Assembly (NCBI GenBank): GCA_965205505.1
Contig: CBDBHB010000008.1
Span: 672,001 to 736,000 of the forward strand
Length of the DNA stretch: 64,000 nucleotides
Origin: Acidobacteriota bacterium
GTDB taxonomy: Bacteria > Acidobacteriota > UBA890 > WLXD01
Direction: 5' to 3'
Shown here: one piece after another, positions 58,768-64,000 of the stretch
Position numbering within the stretch: the stretch's first letter is position 1
How the letters are laid out: each line of letters opens with the position of its first letter
Program-made: the position numbers and the translations under genes
Notes under the pieces: model-generated
Database searches by the model: none
Seen by the model: the letters and a program-made list of their open reading frames with translations, nothing else
Told to the model about the DNA's origin: nothing

Positions 58768-60581
58768 TCCGGCGTTGTTCGGGTGGCTAGCACGACCGGC
58801 AAGAGTAGGTAGGAGGCTCGCCGCGAATCATGAAACACGCTCTGCTCCGCCGTTCGAAGGTCCGCATCGGTACCGAACGCGGCGCCGGTGTTGGGATTGC
58901 GGTCAAATCGCGGGAAATTGCTGCTGGAGATCTCCAGCCGGATCCGGTGGCCGCTCAGGAACACGTTGCTAGTGGCGAGTAGATCGAGGCGCAGCTCCAC
59001 CGGAACGCCTGGCGTCAGCAGCTCGGGGGTGGTCTTCCCGTTGCGGTAGCGGGCGCGCAGGATCCCGTCGGTGAGTGTCCGGGCAACGCCGTCTGGCGCC
59101 ACGTCGACAAGCTTGGCGGTGAAGTCCGTGTCGGGAGCCGTGGAGGTCGCCCACAGCACGAGCTCGATGTAGCCGGTCACCTCGAGATCCTCGGGTAACG
59201 CGTCGCTCGTGTACACCAGCACGTCGGGGCGCGCCTCGAGCTCGGTGGGATCCGACGGGGCGCGCGAGTAGCCGCTCATCACGCCGGTGGATGCGGGATC
59301 CGAGGGATCGTAAACGAACTGATCCGGCGGCTCGTCTACCGGCACCTCGATGCCGAGCGCGCCGTTCCCCTCGATCGTGTTCGCCTGCCCACCGCTATGC
59401 AGGTAATAGCGGACGGGCCGGGCGCTTGACAACGGCCATTCCTGCTCGTCGCGCCAACGGTTTGTGCCCATTACGAAGATGCGTAGCGGCGCCATTTCCA
59501 TCACCGTCGCGTCGCCGTCGCGAAGCCAATAGTCGTACCAAGCCAGGAGCAGCTCCGCGTAATCAAGGCCGGCATCGGGGCCGAAATCGACATCCCCGAT
59601 GCTTGTGCTATCCCGCGTCGGGCCTGAGTGAGTCCATGGCCCGACGACCAAGCGCTGGCCCTGGCGGGCCCATTCCGTGCTTGCATTGGCCCGTAGACCG
59701 CTGAAGTTCTCGAGCGTTCCCCGCAGCAACGTGTCGTACCAACCGGTCACGTGCAGCGCCGGGGTTTCGAATCTGCCATGGCGGCTGGCGATATCGAACG
59801 TCTCCCAGAAGTCGTCGTAGCTAGGATGGGCAAGCATCCGGAAGTAGCCGGGCGCGAGTCGTCGGACGTCCAGCGCCTCCATCGACGACAACGGCAGCTG
59901 CCAGAGCAGCTTCTCGCGCACGAGCCGGCGCTGCGCGTCGGTCAACCCGATGGGTCCATCCCGATCCGCGAAGCGTGCCCCGGCTTGTCTGCGACGGACG
60001 TCCGCCGCCTGCCCGAGGTTCCAAAACAGGCCGTCCGACAGGTAGAAAGCACCACCTTGAAAGACCATGTCGTAGCGGCTCGAGTACGATGAGCTCGGCG
60101 CGATCGCCACCAGATGTGGTGGCGCAGTCGACGCCGCCAGTAGCTGCGTTGTCGCTAGATAGCTGCCGCCGTACATGCCGATCTTGCCGTCGACCCAAGG
60201 CAGCGTGGCAACCCACTCGACGGTATCGAAGCCGTCGGCCGCCTCGTCGTGCGGTACCGCGACGCCATCCGAGGTGTATCGACCGCGGGTGTCCTGCACA
60301 ACCACCACATACCCTTGTGCGCTCACACGCCGGAGGCGGTCCGAAGACCCCTCGCTGTTCTTGGAGTACGGCGTGCGACGCAGCAGGGCCGGAAAGCGGC
60401 CCGGTGCGTCAGGACGGTACACGTCGGCGCGGAGGACAACCCCATCCCGCATGACCGCCTCGACGTTCTTCTCGACCACGACCGAGCGCTGTCGCGGCGT
60501 CGCCGGCCACGATGCGAGGCCCGGCAAGCTCAATAGCATCAGTCCGGCAACCAGCGCGCCCACCCTTCTGGATCGCCGCAT
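58764..60581 (-). CDS. Secreted CocE/NonD (S15) hydrolase
   Basis: MRDGVVLRADVYRP, RTPY, QDTRGRYTSDG, YGGSYLA, GWYD, VGPWTH, SSSNFPRFDRN. Confidence 0.93.
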   Translation of the reverse strand: MRRSRRVGALVAGLMLLSLPGLASWPATPRQRSVVVEKNVEAVMRDGVVLRADVYRPDAPGRFPALLRRTPYSKNSEGSSDRLRRVSAQGYVVVVQDTRGRYTSDGVAVPHDEAADGFDTVEWVATLPWVDGKIGMYGGSYLATTQLLAASTAPPHLVAIAPSSSYSSRYDMVFQGGAFYLSDGLFWNLGQAADVRRRQAGARFADRDGPIGLTDAQRRLVREKLLWQLPLSSMEALDVRRLAPGYFRMLAHPSYDDFWETFDIASRHGRFETPALHVTGWYDTLLRGTLENFSGLRANASTEWARQGQRLVVGPWTHSGPTRDSTSIGDVDFGPDAGLDYAELLLAWYDYWLRDGDATVMEMAPLRIFVMGTNRWRDEQEWPLSSARPVRYYLHSGGQANTIEGNGALGIEVPVDEPPDQFVYDPSDPASTGVMSGYSRAPSDPTELEARPDVLVYTSDALPEDLEVTGYIELVLWATSTAPDTDFTAKLVDVAPDGVARTLTDGILRARYRNGKTTPELLTPGVPVELRLDLLATSNVFLSGHRIRLEISSSNFPRFDRNPNTGAAFGTDADLRTAEQSVFHDSRRASYLLLPVVLATRTTPE

Positions 60582-60669
60582 GCGATAGGCTCGCTGTACG
60601 AAGGGTCGATCCTGACAGTGGAGATTGGAAGCCACGTGACGATTGATGCCTCGACCTGGAGGTGCGCGG

Positions 60670-61575
60670 GTGAGTGAGCCGATCGAGTACATTACACGCA
60701 TCGGAGAAAAATACGCGGCGCTCGGCTACGGCATCTACCAATGGGCCCATGTCGAGGAGCCTCCACCCTGGACGCCGCTGGACAAGCCGCTGTCGGAGTG
60801 CCGTCTGGGTTTGCTTGCCTCCGGAGGCGTCTACGTCGCCGGCCAGCGCGCCTTCCACTACAAGGACGACGTCTCCTGTCGCACCATCCCGACCGATGTC
60901 GACACGGCGGATCTCCGCGCCACACATTTCGCCTACGACCTCGAGCCTGCGCGCCGTGATCCGAACGTCGTCTTTCCGATCGATACGCTGAGGGGTCTGG
61001 TGGAGGACGGCGTGATCGGCGCCCTCGCGGACAACGCATACACGTTCATGGGAGGGATCTACTCATCACGACTGGCGCGCGATGAGGTGGCCCCTGAGTT
61101 GACCCGACTCCTGCTCGAGGACCAGGTCGACGTGGCGCTACTGGTACCGGTGTGACCGGTTTGCCATCAGTCGGTCGGACTGATCGCGAGGGAAATCGAA
61201 GGCGCCGGAATCTCCACTTTGTGCATGGCAAGCGCGCTGGACATCATGCAGGCGGCCAACCCGCCACGCATCGCGTTCGTCGACTATCCGCTCGGGCACA
61301 CGGCGGGAAAGCCGAACGAGCCGGAGCTGCAGCGCGACATCCTCAGCCAGACCCTGGCAGGCCTGACGTCGTTGACATCACCCGGGACGGTGTCGCTGCC
61401 GTTCAAGTGGAGCGAGGACGAGGCCTGGAAGGAAACGGCCGAACGTGGCCCGGACGAACGCCGGCCGCGCCACGATACGCCGCAGTATCAGAGCGATGCA
61501 GATCGCCTGCTCGCCGAGGCCGGCGCCCCGTCCTGCGCCGTGTGCGCTGACGACGCGCGGGCATCCCCGGCCTAG
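60670..61575 (+). CDS. GrdB/PrdB-family (glycine/betaine/sarcosine/D-proline reductase) selenoprotein B; Sec at TGA 61153-61155
   Basis: RBS GGAGG + GTG; PLSECRLGLLASGG, DPNVVFPID, FMGG, ALLVPV-U-PVCHQSVGLIAREIE continues in frame to PPRIAFVDYPLGHTAG; SECIS-like hairpin downstream. Confidence 0.9.
61166..61184 (+). promoter_or_regulatory. Bacterial SECIS-like stem-loop
   Basis: ATCAGTC-GGTCG-GACTGAT, perfect 7-bp stem; G-starting apical loop 17 nt after the UGA. Confidence 0.75.
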
Positions 61576-61587
61576 ACCGACCCGCTC

Positions 61588-63090
61588 GTGCGCGCCGAGG
61601 GAACCCGACTGTTCGGACACCCGCGAGCCGTGTTCAGCCTGTCGCTCATCGGTCTTTGGTACATCGCCGCCTACGCTGGCATCGTCGGGCATCTGGTGCT
61701 CTTCCTCACGGCGGCGCCAGAAGACTACGGCTTCGGCTGGACGGACGACGAGGCGATCCGTCTTTACGGATACTTTGGCGGCACCGTGCACCTGGCCACG
61801 TTGTTCGGCGGATGGATATCCGACGCATTCACCGGCAAGCGCAGGGCGGCGATCCTGGGTCTCGCGTGCGCCACGGTCGCCATCCTGCTCTTCAGCGCCG
61901 TGACCTCGATTCCCGCCCTCGTGGGGTCGATCTACGACGCTCCGGTGCGCGACGTGACGCTCGACGCCGAGATCTCGATGGGTCGGATCAGCATGGGCGC
62001 GGAGTAAACTGCGCGCCTGGACCAGACGCTGGCCGCCTCCGGAGCAGACGAGGCCCTGCGCAGGACGGTCTGGCGCGCCTACGGACTGACGACCCTCGCG
62101 TTCTACCTGAGCATCGCGCTCTTCGCCTGGAGCTACGGCCTCCTGATGCCCAGCCTGACGGCGCTCATCGGCGTGTCGTACGCCGACGAGCCCGGGCATC
62201 GTGAAACCGGCTACACGCTGTTTTTCATGATGCTGAACCTCGGGTTCATCGTCGGTGCGCTCATTGCCGGTTCACTGCTGACGCGCTTCGGCTGGCGAGC
62301 GGCGCTGCTGTCCACGGGCATCCTGGCCGTCGTCGCCTTGCTCGACTTGCTGCGCGTGGGAAAACAGCTGGAGCCGGGCGCCGACGGATCAGCCAAGACG
62401 CGCACCGAGAGTGAGCCGTTCTCCTGGACGCTGACGCGGCCGGAGCGCAATCGAGTGGTAGTGATCGCCGTGCTGTCCACCTGCTATCTGCTGTTCGTCG
62501 CCGCGTTCGAGCAGTGGGGCGGCTCGTTCAGCCTTTACGTGCAGAACAACATCCACCGCGTCGTAGGTGGTTTCGATGTCCCTACCCTGTGGATTCACTC
62601 GTCACAATCGCTCTTCGTGATCCTGCTGGGGCCGGCGATGATCTGGATGTGGGCGCGCGCGTCGACACGCTACGGAGCCATCTCGGCGCCGAACAAGATG
62701 GCCATCGGCATGCTCGCCACAGCGGTCGCGTTCATCTGAATCGCATTCTCGGCAGCTCAAAACGCCGCCGATCCGGGCACCAAGGCGAGCCTGTTCTGGC
62801 CGCTGACCTACTACTGGATCGTCACCATCGGCCAGCTTGCGGTGATTCCGGTGGGTAACGCGTTCATCAGCAAGGAAGCGCCAGAGCGGCTAGTCGGCAC
62901 GCTGATGGGCCTGTGGATGCTGTTCGGCGGGATCGGCATCTGGCTCTCCGGTCAGATCGGAGCGCTCACCCAGTCGCTCGGTGCGTTCGCAGTGTTCGGC
63001 GGCATCGCGGTCGGCGCGGCAGCCACGGCCCTGGCGATGTTCGCCACCAGGAACTGGCTGAGCGGACTGCTGGACGAGACGTCTATCTGA
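61588..63090 (+). pseudogene. POT/PTR family peptide:H+ symporter with in-frame TAA (62005) and TGA (62737)
   Basis: LFGHPRA, GGWISD..GKRRA, GYTLFFMMLNLG, FEQWGGS, SQSLFVILLGP, NKMAIG, PVGNAFISKEAP...LMGLW all in one frame. Confidence 0.88.
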
Positions 63091-64000
63091 CGCTCGGAAT
63101 GCTCCGATCGATCCCGCGCGGGATCTGCTTGTCAGCGTCGTAGAAAGGCAGCATGACGATCTCCCCGATATGGGACGCGCCATCCGGGTCCTGCACCTCG
63201 ACCTGCTTGCCGAGCCAATCACCGCACTCGGCGAAGAGGGCGAAGCCAATGCCATACTGCAGGAACGGCGACCAGCAGCCGGCGGTTACGCGACCGACTG
63301 CCCGACCCTCGACCATGACCTGCCCATAGGGCGCCGCCGCGAGGCTCTTGACCCCGTATAGCCGGAGGCTTCGATCAGCCGTCTCCAGTGCCTGCTTGCC
63401 GATGAAGTCGGCCTTGTCCATGTCGACGAACTTCCCCAGGCCGGCTTGGAACGGGTTTTGCGCCAGGGTCATGTCGTTGCCGTTGCTCAGGATGCCAGCC
63501 TCGATGCGGCGGCTCTCCATCGAGTCCATCGCGGTGCCGACCATGTCGAACGACTTGCCGGCCTCCAAGATGTGGTTCCACAACGCCGGCCCGTCGATGT
63601 CGCTTTCGATCGTATACACCTCCCAGCCAAGCTCACCGGTCCAGCCGGTGCGTGACAACCAGAGCGGCTCGCCTCCCATGGTGCACTCGGTGACGGCGAA
63701 GAACTTGAACGGGTCGGGGGCCGCGCCGTCGCAGGCCGCATCGAGCACTTCCATCGATCGCGGGCCTTGCACCTGCAGCACCCACGAATCCGGGTCGCTG
63801 ACGGTCACGTCCATCTCCAGACCGAGCGCCATCACCCAGCTGAAGAACTCACCGTTCGCCAGCACGTACCAGAATCGGTCCTCGGCGAGCCGCATGAGCA
63901 CGCCGTCCATCATGATGCCGCCGTCGGGATAGCAGGCAATGGCGTAGTTGGCCCGACCTGGTCTGAGCTTCGAAATGTCGCGCGCGAACACGCGGTTCAG
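63083..64000 (-). CDS. GcvT-family folate-dependent aminomethyltransferase/demethylase (5' end outside window)
   Basis: DGGIMMDG, LQVQGPRS, SRTGWTGELGWE, RRIEAGI, FIGKQAL, LPFYD. Confidence 0.9.
   Translation of the reverse strand: MNRVFARDISKLRPGRANYAIACYPDGGIMMDGVLMRLAEDRFWYVLANGEFFSWVMALGLEMDVTVSDPDSWVLQVQGPRSMEVLDAACDGAAPDPFKFFAVTECTMGGEPLWLSRTGWTGELGWEVYTIESDIDGPALWNHILEAGKSFDMVGTAMDSMESRRIEAGILSNGNDMTLAQNPFQAGLGKFVDMDKADFIGKQALETADRSLRLYGVKSLAAAPYGQVMVEGRAVGRVTAGCWSPFLQYGIGFALFAECGDWLGKQVEVQDPDGASHIGEIVMLPFYDADKQIPRGIDRSIPSVR

Noticed and set aside
62737-62739. Selenocysteine at the TGA in the POT transporter
   Set aside because: Lies in a TM helix with no redox motif, no compact G-led SECIS loop follows, and the gene already has an upstream TAA.
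43132-63090. Genome-wide stop-codon reassignment or pyrrolysine usage
   Set aside because: Internal stops are of all three types, TAG/TAA/TGA all terminate intact genes here, one affected gene also has frameshifts, and no pyl genes are in the window.
1-64000. CRISPR array, tRNA/rRNA, prophage, intact transposase or defence system
   Set aside because: No regularly spaced repeats, cloverleaf or rRNA signatures, or matching ORFs were seen; the 31-bp repeats are kilobases apart.

Overview
High-GC bacterial chromosomal segment. An ADOP-permease remnant and many secreted peptidases and amidohydrolases suggest Acidobacteriota or a similar lineage (inference). Positions 1-9.5 kb hold a minus-strand heme biosynthesis cluster (hemF-hemH-hemA-hemC-hemD-hemB-hemL-[OmpR-family regulator]-hemE), with a PhoB/OmpR-type 11-bp direct repeat just upstream of hemA. 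An unpaired histidine kinase lies 39 kb away beside an FTR1 iron permease that has a Fur-like box. The remainder is a nutrient-scavenging region: S9/M24/M28 peptidases, amidohydrolases, CocE/NonD hydrolases, a peptide ABC transporter interleaved with hydantoinase A/B, a Rieske oxygenase, BKACE plus a 3-hydroxyacyl dehydrogenase, APC/SSS/POT transporters and a GcvT-like demethylase. Hidden from the ORF track: a stand-alone GrdB/PrdB-family selenoprotein (in-frame UGA in a U-x-x-C motif, followed by a SECIS-like hairpin), three deletion scars leaving orphan gene tails, several frameshifted or nonsense-interrupted genes, a 37-aa membrane protein coupled to an SSS transporter, and two families of dispersed intergenic repeats, one of them a long hairpin with a compensatory base change. 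No rRNA, tRNA, CRISPR array or intact transposase was seen.
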